From: Lytechinus pictus
Lineage: Eukaryota
NCBI RefSeq assembly: GCF_037042905.1
Contig: NC_087261.1
Location: 7,440,001 to 7,504,000 of the forward strand
Length of the DNA: 64,000 nt
Reading direction: 5' to 3'
Under the pieces are notes generated by a model. That model was not told the origin of the DNA. It saw only the letters and a program-made list of their open reading frames with translations, and ran no database searches. Of the stretch, positions 48,709-62,508 are shown one piece after another. Position 1 is the stretch's first letter, and every line of letters begins with the position of its first letter. The translations under genes and the position numbers were made by a program.

Positions 48709-49292
48709 AGGTCCAGTCAACCCCAGAAAAATTTTGATATGAATAAATAAAGAAAAATAAAACTAGCACAACGCTGAAAATTTCATCAAAATCGGATGTA
48801 AAATAAAAAGATATGAATGATTTGCTTATTTTTCACACGCAACAGTGATATGCAAATGAGAGGATGATGTCCCTCACTCACTATTTCTTCCGTTTTTTAT
48901 CGATTGAATTATACAATATTTCATTTTGTAAAGACTTGAAAATAAGGACCAACTTGATTGAGCCATATACTGTATATAGTATCAAGCAATGCTGATTCCA
49001 CATGTTCAGGGGGAATTAATCGCTATTTCACTTGACAATGAGGAGAAAATTAGAATATTTCATATTTCATATAATAATATACAAAAGAAATAGTGAGTGG
49101 ATGACGTCATCAGTCTCCTCATTTGCATACCGACCAGGATGTGCATATAACTGTTTTGTAAAACTAAGCGAAACCTTAAAATGTCATAGCTTTCTTATTT
49201 AACGTCCGATTTTAGTGAACTTTTCAGCGTTTTCCTTGTTGATTTATTATCTTTTTATTCACAGAAACTTTTTGTTGGGGTGGACTTGTCCT
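48709..49292. mobile_element. Kolobok-like MITE, older inverted copy of the 6974 family
   Basis: TTAA|AGGTCCAGTCAACCCCAG...TTGGGGTGGACTTGTCCT|TTAA. Confidence 0.85.
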
Positions 49293-49921
49293 TTAAAAAT
49301 TAAGTATTGATGCATGCAAATGGATAAAAGAATAGATTCTGAGCAAAAAAAAACTAAAAACATTGGGCAGAATGTGACGCCCAATCTTCCGCCCCTCCAT
49401 TTTTTGTTTTATTTGTGTTATCAATGGGATATAAACTTATATTAAATTTAGCATGCACTGAGATCTTACCAAAAATCCCAAGTAACCTGGCGCCACATTC
49501 GTCAGTATAAATCCCTCAAAAAATGTTTACTCATACACTGGGAACTCCTAAGAATAGTAATTTCCTTAACACATTACAGCAAAATAATGACATATACGAT
49601 AGGAAAAGAAAAATCAGTAAAGGGTGAATTACTCAACACTCTTCTACATAAGGAACAAAGAGAATATTCACGTTTTCCTCATTAAATATTTATTAGATGC
49701 CCTTCTCTTTATTTACATGTAATGATATAAACACTATGTACCGTTTGTAAACATTTCAATTGCAATGGTGAAACTGAAGACAGTGTAAAAGAAAAGATTT
49801 CACCTTAAGCAAGTTGTAGCAACATTTGCGAGTGATTTTGTTAGGTCCCGTTAAATATCGTAGTTGGTCCTGGTTATTCTAATTGGATAAGCTCACAGTA
49901 AAGTTGTCGTAGGGGGTATAT

Positions 49922-50220
49922 GTAGGCGCGCAGTGGTCTAGTGGTTCTGGCTCTCACCTTTCAAACAGAGGGCCGTGTGTTCGAATCCTAGCCATGGTGT
50001 GTTTTCCTTCAGCAAGAAATGTATCCACAATGTGCTGCACTCGACCAGGTGAGGTGAATGGGTATCCGGCATGATTATTTCCTTGAATGCACTGACCGCC
50101 GGTGATGGTACATGTAGCTCGAGCTACCTCCATGCTCGAGCTAAAGCCGGGGTAATAATAGCAGCGCTTTGTATCATCAGGCAAAAAAACGCTTTATAAA
50201 TCCAGCTATTATTATTATTG
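49922..50220 (+). mobile_element. Full-length tRNA-derived SINE
   Basis: A box TGGTCTAGTGG, B box GTTCGAATCC, central GCAAGAAAT.TATCCACA.TGTGCTGCACTCGACCAGGTG...ATGGGTA domain, and a (TAT)n tail. Confidence 0.85.
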
Positions 50221-53200
50221 TATGGGTTCATCAGTCAACAGAAAATGTCCGTTGGATCGAATCCTCATATACCAATTTTCCTTCGGGCACGGCCATTTAT
50301 CCACATTGTACAAATAATAATTGCTTTCTGATTACTATTACGCAAGTTTATTTAAAAGGTTGAAATAGTTTTATTTGCATTTATTTTTAATTACATAAAG
50401 GAGCTTTCTCAATCGCCCTTGCGATCGTTTGCGATCATTTGGCAACAATATATGTTGCACACAATCGCAACGGTTGTAAGCAGTCGCACCACCAATTATT
50501 GTGAAAGGGGCTTGATATTCTCCTGGTTTTCGAAAGCGCGCCATGTTTCGGGAAGTTTTAAATTATGTGTTCTGGTATACGAATTAAGCAGTGTAGAGTT
50601 GGCCTGAACCGAAAGTGGGATAAACACTGGAGAAAATGTGGGATAAAATATCTGAACTTATTAGTCGCAGTATGTCGTGAAAGTCGCAAGTCTGTCCGTC
50701 TTTGTCGCGCGTATATAATCGCTACTTCATTAGACAGAATTACTCGTTGAGTAATGTTGCAAATTTTATCACACATATGCGAGAACAATGAAAGAACAAG
50801 TCGGCCGAGTTACTGTTCAGTCTGTTAAGGTTCTGTGAGGTTTACCTTGTCCATTTCTTATATTGGTCAATTTTATCTCTCTATCGTCATTATTACGAAT
50901 TCCGCGTTGTTTCCGAATAAGGTGGGGGGGGGGGGGTCACTCTTCCGTATCACCGAAAACTGGGAACTCTCCTTTTAAGCTAGGCTTACACCAAAACCGA
51001 AAGGGGCCAAAGGAGTTTAAAATGATTTTTGAAAACAGGTCGGGCATTTTGAATGATAACGGATATTATGAAAAGAGACCGCTCATTATTCTACACAAAT
51101 GAAACTTTCAATTGTTTACAAAGAATAAGTTGAAAAGTTTAACGTATTCACTGATGTATGAAATCATGTACAGTGTACGCCTTTTCAGCAGTTGTTAGCT
51201 AAGTCTAAAAGTCAAGTCAAAGTCTATGCTTCATCACTCACATGAGTCATTATTAATGGCTTTAAGATTACCGTGTTTCTGAGAATGGACTTTGAACATT
51301 TTTTGTTCAGGTGGAATTGTACACGAGCTGAAGATTCTCTGATAGCTTCATGTAAAAGTATCGTTCAGTGGTTTTCACGTTACTCAGGTCCTGATTGGAA
51401 ATATGTAGGTTGTTTTTAAGATTTGTGTTTGTTTGCAATTATACCGATAGTGCTAATATGCTCATAAATATTCAGGTTGTCTTCTTATACCACATTATTT
51501 GCAACAGTACTATTTCGGTCAGGTCATTGTGGGTCAAGGAACAGTCAACCCCCGCAATAATTTATTTATTCATTTATTTAGGTATAACCAACATTAAATA
51601 TCACGTCACGTGGCAGATGCCTGGTAAACGGTTGGGTCAGTCTTTTAATACATTTCTTAGCCGAATTTGTAACTTTATTTACTTATTTTCACATTGCTAG
51701 AATAAATGAATATGAGAAAAAATAAGTACAATTAACATTCGTACAATGATATCCTGACCAAAATAAAAACGTTAGCTTTCACTTCAGTCTACTGTAGAGA
51801 GAACCATTGATAGCTTATCATACCATCTCACTTGGTGTCAAACGCCCTCACCCATCGATGTCAAATTGCTTGAATCAAGTCGGAAGTCCGGCCTGGTCCG
51901 GTCTCGATTAAGTGTCTTTTTAAATAAAAAAATAGTTTTACATATATAAAGCAATGAAAATGTTATCAAAGTATCAAGTCGATATGGGTCAATGTCGCGT
52001 CCAGGAGTCTGTCATAAAATAAGTGAGTCGGTAAAAAAAGGTCGGGATAACCCTTAAAATAGAAAGTTTGAAAGTAGATCGTATTACAAAAATATTCTTC
52101 ATCAACGAAAAATATTAATTCACAGGGTAAAAATTGACATTACAGGCCTACTTATTTCATGCAGTTCACATAGAATAAAGCTTTATAGACATAACTAAAA
52201 TACGCCACATACACATAGTTCTATCAATTGCAAGTTCCAATGTCATGTATGGATAGTCTACGTCGAGGTAAATGGTCTTTGAATGCAGTCGTCCACGCTC
52301 CTGTTAAGATAGTTAAATCTACATATTAAACATTGCATGTTCCAGGTTATCATGAAAGCAGTTCGTGATCAGCAGCGTTTAATAGTACAATGAACATGTA
52401 CAAGTATTTTTATATACTTCTGATAATATTGGCAACTTATGTAAAATGCATTTTCCCTTTTAAACGCGTTAACATTATTCCCAATATGCTCATCGTGCTA
52501 CAGAGCAGTGGTGAGATATTTCAATATCCATGGGTTCATCTAGTCATCTTTAAACATCTATTATTGAAATACGCCAAAGCACAATGGAATGGAATAAATT
52601 GAATAAATTAAAAAGATTGATATTGCATAGATTTGTCAAAATATAATTGGAAAGATGTCAGTATTTTCAAAGTCATGTAACTCGCCAATTACCGAGAAAA
52701 AATATAGGTTTTATAATTTCCTTTTATCGTGTTTGAGAATTCGTGAATTGTATCCTTACCGCTATTTCGTCAACTAATTGATAGGTTACTTGGAATTGTT
52801 GGAGTTTACTGATTGAAATACCTCATGATGATACGCATACAAGCTAGTCTGCAGGCACAGACCCTGATTGGAACTATGATCAACAAGTGTGCCTCCACGC
52901 AAAGACTAGCACAGGCATGAGTAGGCTGCACATTCAGACCCTTAACTCGAGCGAAGGGTTTGCCCAGCAGACTACATACAAGCATGGTGATATCATTATG
53001 GAAGGACAATGTTATTGATAGTAGTCATGTAAAATCAGACGACTGTAGAAATGCCACAGTCACATCAACGATACCAACTCCGGACCGATCAAAGCTATTA
53101 CGTCATTTGTCAATTATGTCAAATAGCAAACCATCGGTCGGTTTGGCGTTAATGTAGTTGTTATGATTGTAGCATCAGTAGAACAACGCATTTAAAATTG

Positions 53201-54829
53201 CATTTCACATTTTCACCCCGGTCATCGAATCTTTGCATGCCCGCATACATTGTATACACTTTATTCGCTCCCTAGGGAGCATTCCATTGAGAGTTTTCAA
53301 ATTTAATTACAAGGCATACTACTGTGTCTACTTGCCTCCCCAAGCCAACAATACGTAGCTCAAAGTGATTTTTTTATGTTTTTATTGGGCCTGAAAATGA
53401 CATCCTATATAAGCTCTACAATATATATAACTTGATAATTAAAAATCCTCAAAGTACTTCATTGAATGAAGAATAAATTAAGTGAGAGTTTCAAGGAATG
53501 AAGGAGAAACCAATGTTTGAAGTCCGGGGTTCAATAAAGCATGATATGTGCACACCGTGAGCAATATCGATGAAACTTCCTTCCAAACAGTTTGCAAAAC
53601 ATGGTGTCATAAAAACTCTGGTATCTTGCCTTTTATCTTATTTCAACTTCAAGTTTTTACAGTGTAGAGAAATACTACTCTTGCATATAAGGTAATTTTT
53701 GAATTTTCAATTTTTTGCCATTTACAGAGAACCTACCCTGACGACGTGTTGTTGGATTTGGTGTAATAATACATTGGTGGAGAGTGGCAAGCCTTGGTTT
53801 AACGCCTTGCCGAAGGATGCTCACGCGACCCTCTGATTGCAATGCGAGACTCGGAACCGCTAAATCACCTATTCCATTTCCATGTATAAATTCATCTTCG
53901 AAACTGTAATGTTATACAAAATTAAGTCTATGTCAAAGAAGCTTTCAGAAATGTCTCTCAAACCATCTTCTCTACAGTAAAATTGGAGATCAAACGTTTA
54001 AGTGTGTCAAGTCTGTTCATTAGTAGGTACCAAAAGTTATCCGATTACGCCCGGCAATCTCCCAACCGTATGACATGTAAAATTTCTAAACGTTTTATCA
54101 TCAGGGTTATTTTATACATTAAAGCATGACCTAAGACGATTGGAATATTATACACATATTTCGTTCCTGCCTGACTTTGAACCACTTTTGATTAGAATAG
54201 AATCATACATTGGAAATCCAAATTTTCCCACACACTGTTTGTGTTCTGTAGATATTTTTTAGGCATACAGTAATCCCTTTATATTTTGCACCTCACTTTA
54301 CGTCACCTAAAAGTCATGTGTGTATTTCAAACCCTGTCATATTTCTTTAACAAATATTGAAGTAATTATCTTTTTTCGTCCGTCTTAGTGTCTTAGGAAG
54401 ACATACACATCGTGTTACAAGGCTCTATATGCCTCGTGTCAGATCAACTGAACTTTCAACCTCCAAATGTGTACAAAATATATATTTAAAGAAATAATAT
54501 TCACCATTTATCAAGGCAATTTAGAAACAACTCTAAATTAATCAATTATATCATAACACAGTTCATGAATAAGTAGCAAGCGCTCGTTGGCTGGAAGGCC
54601 AAGTTTGGCTCACTGTTTTTATACATCCATTTTCTTTATTATGCCTTGTGCGATTTACATCGTTAGTCTAAGATCTAAAGCAGTTAAATGCTTTGTTTTT
54701 AAAAAATGGTACCGGTTCAGTAGAATCACCCCCAAAAAGCTTAGATCCTTCCTTTTCACTAGGCATGCGGTGGAATGTTCACTGTAGGACATTCGCTTGA
54801 CATCGTCCAAATTAATGTTATTTAATTAA

Positions 54830-56761
54830 TTAAGCGACCCAGTCATTGTCCGTTCCTTCGGAGGTCAATGATCGCAACCTCGTTTGCGTGCGCATCCAGC
54901 GCGCACGTCTCGATGAGCCACGAAAGTCCAATGTTTCTCGCATGCGCATGCGAAAGTTGTCGGATAAAAGCGCGTATAGGAATGGGTTCAACGCACTATT
55001 GAAGAAGTAGGCGAGGTAGGTGAACGGCACGAAGAGGATCCCGAATTTTGAGAAGTACGGGAAAGTCCCTACAACAGTCCACAGTGAAAGAAGTTCCATT
55101 GGGAAGAGGCAGACACCAAAGGCCACTACCAGCACCACCAACATCCGGATGACTTTCTTACGCGTAGCGATCGTTGATTTGGAAATCTTTTTAGGTCGAT
55201 TAGGTGTCCTTGAGTTCGTGCTGTGATTATCCGCTGGAACCATTTCTACTAAGACCGTAGGTCGCCTGGTAAATTCAGACAGCCTCGTATGGGCTTTCTT
55301 TGCGCATCGCTTTAGAGCGTTAGGAAAAGATTTTGGCCGTTGAGGAGATTCAGAAGTATTTGGCTGCTCGGTGGGGTCTGTGTTTGTGGTTGCAGCTGGT
55401 GTTTCAGTCAGAAGTTCATCATCTTCAATTGTCGAAAGGAACTCGTATCCATTTTTAACGGGTATTTTCCCGGAGCTTCTTTGTCTGATGGGTCGAGGTT
55501 TGGAATAAATATGTTTATTTTCTTTCAATGAATGTTCCTCAACGGGCTTATTAACATCTTTTACAGGGACGGCGTTACCGTTTTTCATTACTTCATTGAT
55601 AAATGTCGCATGAACAGAAACATCAAGCTCAATTTCTTCTTCCTGGTCCTCCGAATTCAGGGCTTTGCAAAACTGCTGATGATAATGATCAATTGCTCCC
55701 GTTGATTGAGACTTAGTACGTGCAAGTTCGGCATGGGGTCCACGAGCCTTTTCACCTCCACCAAGTAGGAACATGTTCTCGCAAGACTTTGAACCCTTGA
55801 ACGCATCGGGGTTACGACGAGGGGACGATGGAGGGTAGTCGACAAAGAAAGGTCCGATCTTTAGCGAACCTGCATCTTCCGCTTGTTCGGTGTGGTCTTG
55901 GACTGCTTTGACCTCGTTTTTTCCATTACACTGTTCATTCGCAATCTTCTTGCTTTCACTGGAATGAGCGTGGGAATGGTGATGATGGTGATGCCGATGT
56001 GGATGTGTTTTGATACTCCCGCCAGTATGCATGCGTACCTCCATCTCCACCGCAGCCGAAGGAGTCGATGTCTTCTCACCGTGCCTCGAGGTCCGGTAGT
56101 AAACCGCTCGTCCACGTAACCATAAACTGACGATGATCCTCGCATAGAAAAACATCATCACAAACAGAGGCAACAAGTAGCAAAAATTAAAGTTAAATAT
56201 GTTGTGGACGCGGACTTGGTAGCTGGATATGTTGAGACTCACCCCACATTGCTTGGTTCCATTGGAATCGGTTGATTCATCGAAGAACTGGAACGAGGGA
56301 ATGCTTAATAGAAAACTAAGAAGCCAGAGAAAGCAAAGGATACAGGACAGTCTTCCTATTGTCAGAACCCGACGGATCCTCAAAGGGTAAATAATGGCAA
56401 CAAAACGTTCCCCCGATATCGCCATCATGATGAAGATAGATGCATTGGTCGTCACACCTAACATGTATTTATGCAGCTTACACATCACTGCGCCCAGAGA
56501 CCACGTCGGCGACACAAACCACATCATCTGAGGGATGATGCAGAATATGGCTACCATCAGGTCAGCAACGGCCAGATTCGCCAGGAAGAAGTTCGTGACG
56601 GTTCGCATGCTTCGATTGCGGACTATGACGCAAATGACGAGACAGTTGCCGCATATTGTCAGAGGGAAGAGGGGAATGAACGTTCCAAGAATAATTTTCC
56701 GAATCGGACCAGACACATAAGGGTCTTCGTAAGGCTCGGTGTGGTTGTCAAATTCATCCAT
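54830..56761 (-). CDS. Rhodopsin-family neuropeptide GPCR, trissin receptor-like, 643 aa
   Basis: Motifs GN, TNFFLANLAVAD, ERF, CLFP and NPFLY. The segments ASIFIMMAISGERFVAIIYP...VLTIGRL and NPFLYALLSDNFR, and the very long ICL3, resemble insect trissin receptors as I recall them. An acceptor ttttcctacAG at 56779-56780 precedes ATG 56761, so the ORF-track start at 56830 is intronic. Confidence 0.88.
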   Translation of the reverse strand: MDEFDNHTEPYEDPYVSGPIRKIILGTFIPLFPLTICGNCLVICVIVRNRSMRTVTNFFLANLAVADLMVAIFCIIPQMMWFVSPTWSLGAVMCKLHKYMLGVTTNASIFIMMAISGERFVAIIYPLRIRRVLTIGRLSCILCFLWLLSFLLSIPSFQFFDESTDSNGTKQCGVSLNISSYQVRVHNIFNFNFCYLLPLFVMMFFYARIIVSLWLRGRAVYYRTSRHGEKTSTPSAAVEMEVRMHTGGSIKTHPHRHHHHHHSHAHSSESKKIANEQCNGKNEVKAVQDHTEQAEDAGSLKIGPFFVDYPPSSPRRNPDAFKGSKSCENMFLLGGGEKARGPHAELARTKSQSTGAIDHYHQQFCKALNSEDQEEEIELDVSVHATFINEVMKNGNAVPVKDVNKPVEEHSLKENKHIYSKPRPIRQRSSGKIPVKNGYEFLSTIEDDELLTETPAATTNTDPTEQPNTSESPQRPKSFPNALKRCAKKAHTRLSEFTRRPTVLVEMVPADNHSTNSRTPNRPKKISKSTIATRKKVIRMLVVLVVAFGVCLFPMELLSLWTVVGTFPYFSKFGILFVPFTYLAYFFNSALNPFLYALLSDNFRMRMRETLDFRGSSRRARWMRTQTRLRSLTSEGTDNDWVA

Positions 56762-58931
56762 CTTGTTTACAGCGGAACCTGTAGGAAAAAGGAAAAATCG
56801 GTAAATGTATTTTTCTATCTTCATTAGCAAAGATCCTGAGTAATATTATGACAACTGTCTCTACTTTCCTCTCTGTTGACTATACACTGCAAAAACTGTT
56901 TGTTAATCTAACACCATCCCTGAGCACATCTATACATGATCTCAACAGAAAAGTGTCGAAACAACGGCATTTTGGATCTAAGTTAGTACCAAATAGGTGT
57001 TTAAAAAGCATCGACCATGTTGGTATTAAAACACACCAACGGTTTTAATTCTAACCTTTTGTTGTTCCAATTATTACCTGGAATTAACTAGCATTGTCTG
57101 GGCGTGGTAGTGTATTCTTGAAGGAGCTCTGAATGAACTCAAATACTTTGCTTAATAAAATCAATGATAGTTTTGTAGTCAATCCAGGCTTAATCTTATC
57201 GTTTTATCCAACAAAATATCGATAAGTATCCAATTGAGCTAAAGAGATATTATTGCTGTGAATTGCCCCAGAGTTTTCATGATTTTACCGAACTTGATGG
57301 ATATTCTACAATTACTTCTATTCATTAGGGCATCGTCATAATCGTTGTAAATAGATGAATTGTTCATCCCATATTTTACTGTGCTCCGGGGAGGAGGTAT
57401 TAGTGTACGCAAGAGTGTGATCAATCGGCAATTTAGATGCTATTGAATTAAAGTGATAACTATATTTGCAATTAAAACAGATTCGATTTAAACTAAAGAC
57501 AAAAGAAGTTGTTTTGTTCGAGGAACGGGGATTGAGATACGGGGGACATGTGTGCATGCCCCTCCCCCCCCCCCCCCCCCATTCCCACACAAAAATGGGA
57601 TAAAAACGATAAAATGTACATTTTTTAAGAAGAAAGTGAAGAAAGCTATTAAAAATTAATTTTTTTAATACCTCTACCATTCACTTCGGAATAAATGACG
57701 TCACCATTAGGTCGACTTGCCTCCTCTCTATCAAAATAGTCTGGCGCCACCATAGTCTATCAGTATTCCCTTTAAAGCAACAGTGCAAAAACCATCAAAT
57801 TGTCCCTTTCACTCAGTTGGAGCAATGAAATTCAAATTAAACGCGATCCGTCGATAATAATATCAAAAATCCACCGGGTAAGTGTGGAGGAGTGAACTTT
57901 TCAATTGAATGTATTAAATATTAATTGAAATGGAGATCTGTTTTAGCGATAAATGATTTATTTGAAAAAGAAATGTGAGCTCTCGTCAAGTGGGAATGAA
58001 ACAAAATATCACTACCCTAAAGATATTTGTGTTTTTTAACCAGCTCCGTTTTATCAGTATAAAAAAAACCTTCTATCTTTATTTTTGGGTGATTGTTTCG
58101 CTTAATACTAAATTTCAAATTAATATCCCTTTAGTCAAAAAAAAAAGTTCAATATGATTTTTCGTAGAAAATGAATTATCACAATACTTTGGACAATACA
58201 AAAATGCAAAGTAGCACAAACAGCAAAGTGAATAACAACAAACGTATACTCTTCGCAAACGTCATCCATTCCTCTTTCTTTTGTTAATTTTCTCCCTTTC
58301 TCCTCTTATATCCCTCTGAATCCGTGCTTCTCGCTTTTCTATCTCATCTCTCTTTCTCCCCCTCTCTGTTTCCATACCCCTCTCTAATCCATCCCCTCTC
58401 GCTCTCTCCCTCTCTCTCTCTCGAAATTATATATTTCTTTCAGTCTGCCTGTTTCTGTCCCTTTGTCGTTTTTTTTATATAATGTCCTTATCGGTTATTT
58501 AAAGATATGAATTCCAATGCAGCTGTGAGAAGGAAATCGTTATAGCCTTATTAAGGTCGTTTAGCTAAAGGTATTTTATCTAACCGATGTGAATACTAAG
58601 GCTGTTACCGTCAGGTAACACTGACATGATTTTCAGAGAGCAACTGTACACAAAGATTGTATTTTTAAGGTTGGAAGATTAAGCGCCTTCTACGTTTCTT
58701 TTGGACACATGCCTGCAGATAGAGGAGCTTAACAACACGTATTATATCGAGTGGGCAGACTCAATAAAAGAGGAAAATATGAAGATGCATAGCTCATATT
58801 AAGGCAATAGAACTTAACATGTTCTGAGTGGTCATACTTAATAATTTACCAATATAAAAAATGGCTTACATTGAACAGGTCAAAATATATTGCCCAAGTC
58901 GGTGGTGAGTTGCTGATGAAAAGTGCTTTAA

Positions 58932-59457
58932 TAGAGTACTGAAGTGATGACGTCATATGATACCATATTTCGGTAGAGCATGATGAAAAACCCCTACTAC
59001 CAAAATTTGGTGGGAATCGGTCCATGGGGGCCTTAGATATGACCCCATAAATACATAATTAGCCCCATTGAATTCAGTGTCTTATTGCCCTGGTTCTATA
59101 TTATATTAGGAACCGGGGGAGCGTTTCATGAAAGGACTTGTCAGACATTTTATCCGACAAGTCCCATTTTATCCGACAGTTACCATAGTAACAGTGCTTC
59201 TCAGCCAATCAAAATCCAGAAAAGTTGTCAGATCTGACAACTTGTCGGACAAAAATGTTGATGAAACGCCCCCCAGGCCAACATTGACTTCAATGGGGCT
59301 AATTATGTATTCATGAGGTCATATATTGGGGTCCCATGGACCGATTCCCACCGAATTTGGGTTGTGGGGGGTTTTCATCGTGCTCTACCAAAATACGGAA
59401 TAAAAAACACTGAAATGCAAAGAATGAAAATTGATGACGTCACACTTTGGTACTCTA
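58932..59457. mobile_element. Academ-like MITE (TAG..CTA termini, TAA TSD) with long TIRs
   Basis: TAA|TAGAGTAC...GTACTCTA|TAA; arms mirrored over ~140 bp. Confidence 0.75.
59116..59273. mobile_element. Harbinger-like MITE nested in the 58932-59457 element
   Basis: CCG|GGGGAGCGTTTCAT...ATGAAACGCCCCC|CAG. Confidence 0.82.
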
Positions 59458-61089
59458 TAAAACCAATAATCAAAAAAAGCTAGTCTGAATAAACATCTGA
59501 GCATGCGCAGATGAAAGGTCATTTAAATCAAAAGCTAAACCCACTCGAATTAAACTCGTAGATGATTGCCTAACATAGAAAAACCAATATGGGACAAATT
59601 GGTATGCTAAAAGTGCGTGCGTAAATGGAACTAAAAACTATTCATAAGATACCTTTTTTACGTACGTAATTGTGTGGATACGAGAGGTCATTTGGAACTT
59701 GGCTACTGCAAACTTAACATAATTCCTTGTGTGCGTGTGTGTTTGTGGATACATGGATGTTTTTCAACTTCCATTATGAAATAAACACACGGCCATACAA
59801 AATGTGTGTGTGTGTGTGCTCTTGTCAAAATGTCCCCTTTCACAGAATAACTAATCAAAACTGACAGAGTCCCCGCAGAGCAACACATCACGTATACGTT
59901 TATTTGTTCCATAACGGATATCTTACCTCCAAATTAAGAGACAAATCCCAGAGGAGAAAATCATCATCTCAATTACTTACATTTCAATAATCCAATTGTT
60001 CAAGTAGGAAGTGGAATCAATACAACTGCCCGAGGAATTATGGGTAATACATTTACAGCAGTTGTGGCAATGACTTCCCCTTCCAGGAAAATATGGTGTA
60101 GAAAATGCAATTACTTACTACTCAGAATTGAAGACGGCACAAAGGTGACATGTCCAACAAGTATCCCGTCAAATATTCAACGCTTTTTTTAAATGAATAA
60201 TACAACTAATCATAATTTGAGTCGCCTTCAAGAACAAACTCGAAACAGAGTCTTCGTCAGTGCTGGAAATTCATCAGTGTTGAATATTGTAATAAGATCA
60301 CTTTGAATAAATAAGAACGAAACAGTTTTTCAAAGTTGAAGGAGAGGGTTGTCAAATATATTTGCAATTATTTTGTGTGTCTTCCGTAAACTTTGATCAC
60401 CCGTTGACGATTTTATAGTTTACGATGTCCCTTTGGACTCATTTAGACCGATTTGGCAGAGTGAAAAAAATATTTTGTTTTCTCCCATGTAACTTCGTAA
60501 CCTCTATTTGGAAATTCTGATATCAATGCCTACACCTGTACCGATGACGTACAGATGAGGGGGAGGGGGCTTGGCCAAAAGAGTTTCATGACCAAGTAAA
60601 CAAAAGGAGAAAAGAAAAGAAAAGGAGGGGAAAGATTGAAATGTTATATTATTTTTTTATATGTATATTAGGTCAAAAACACAACCAAAAATTAGATTTA
60701 TCTAATCAAGAATGGCAAGAAATGTTCTCGCTCGCTTCGCTTTTCTCGCATCTTTTAAAAATTGCTACATCCGCAATATCTGGCCCCTTCATGTTTGTTG
60801 CTTATTACGCCACTGCCCTGCATGTAATGCACTTTGTAATTCTAACACCTAAAATGAAAATGAAATGTTGTGATAATTGATTTAATTTCATTTACCTGTA
60901 AATGATTTTCATACAACGTAATTGGATACAATATGGCGATATGCATTAGTCTGTAAGACCAATAAAAGTTTTGCCCATACAACATGGCCCAATTAATGAG
61001 CATTTTATTCTTTTAATATCATAGTGATATGATATTTCAAAACTCAAATTCAATTCCCTCATTTATTCATGTTTTATGTGATAGGTGTG

Positions 61090-61285
61090 AACAATTTTTT
61101 TTGAACAAGTTCACACCTAGTTACCAATAATGCATATAGCATTTCCATTTATTTGAAAGCAGGATAAAAGAGCATTGTAGATTAAAAAGCCTTGCTCACG
61201 GGCATAGCTGCCGCGGCCGGGGATCGAACCCTGGACTATTTCATGAATAGCCAGGCGCCTTAGACCACTCTGCCACGGCACCTCA
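61090..61285 (-). mobile_element. tRNA-derived SINE 5' half
   Basis: Reverse strand GGTGCCGTGGCAGAGTGGTCTAAGGCGCC...GGGTTCGATCCCCGGCC (A and B boxes), followed by GAGCAAGGCTTTTTAATCTACAATGCTC. Confidence 0.75.
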
Positions 61286-61837
61286 TGCACATTGCAATCG
61301 ATACATATATGACTACTTCAAGGCATGTTATTTTACAGGATTTTTTGTGGCAGATTCTAAAAAATATTTATATTTTAAAGCATGTATTGTTGTTTCAGTA
61401 GACCTTTATGCATGTATATCTCGTTATTTGGTTGTCTTTTTGCGGGTTCAGTTTTGACCTTCCCAGTTTTTTAAGCTTCGTAGCACATTATTTGTGCGTG
61501 CCTTTTAGCACTTTGACGTCATTGTATGAGATTTGCATAAGATTGCCCTGGGGCAAACTCTCACCCATAAATTGCATATACATCCATTCCACACGGCTAG
61601 GGGGATAATAACGCAGATCTCTTCATCTTCCAATACTGGAACTCAGTGTTTGATGGTCAGCTTTCCTCGCAGCTTCCGTGGCTTTGGCCCATCGCAAGCT
61701 CATCGTTACTCTTGATTTGTCAATGCACTCAAACTTGATAATTCCTGCATATGTGTGGTTTGGTCGTCATCGGTCGCGTGGCCAAGTTTACTAGACCCTT
61801 TTATACTCTTTCGATAGATGAGTTTAAAAGGCTTTAG

Positions 61838-62508
61838 TAGTGGGTTTTCGCCCAGCGTCGTACGACGCTATCTACGACGTAGAACGATCTCTTTGTTCGT
61901 GCGTCCGTCGCGCTCAACTCTCGCTTGTAAGCAGTTTCGCAAATCGCTGAACGCGGCCGGATCGACCGGCTGGCATGGTTGGCATGTAATGTTGACACGC
62001 CAACATGTGCATTGTATATGTTCCTACTATGTGCACACAACTGGCAGTGCCATGTGTCTTGCAGTCGCGTCGTCGACCGAGCCATGCAACGGCTTTTCAA
62101 TCATATTTCAATAATCATACTCGTTTAAACTTCTACTGTAACATTTTGAAATTATACTTAGCTTGATTTTAGTATAATTGAAATGGTACTCACCGAAAAA
62201 CTCGCATTCGAGTCCATGTTTTGAAGCTTTCAGCTATCAGTGTAGTCAGAGTAGAGTACAACATGTGCATGCACGCGATGGGCGAATGTGTTTACATCGA
62301 TCGGCTCAGCTTGCTCGCTCTACAAGCGATCTGATTGGCTGTTGACGGCTGTTGACAAATCCTACGTTCTAATGCGGACGCCCGCTAATTTGCGGAAGAA
62401 CCGTCCGTGATTTGAGCTCAAGAACGCTCGGGCCTCTGTTTCCATGAAAGTTGGCGATTTTTGCACACGTACGTTCTACGTCGTACGACGCTGGGCGAAA
62501 ACCCACTA
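61838..62508. mobile_element. CpG-rich non-autonomous DNA transposon with perfect 30-bp TIR
   Basis: TAGTGGGTTTTCGCCCAGCGTCGTACGACG...CGTCGTACGACGCTGGGCGAAAACCCACTA; TAGTA is directly repeated at 61835-61839 and 62507-62511. Confidence 0.85.

Noticed and set aside
56762-56830. N-terminal extension MLMKIEKYIYRFFLFPT of the 666-aa ORF
   Set aside because: It runs through a pyrimidine tract and an AG acceptor at 56779-56780, so it is intronic. ATG 56761 is the likely start unless an upstream coding exon exists.
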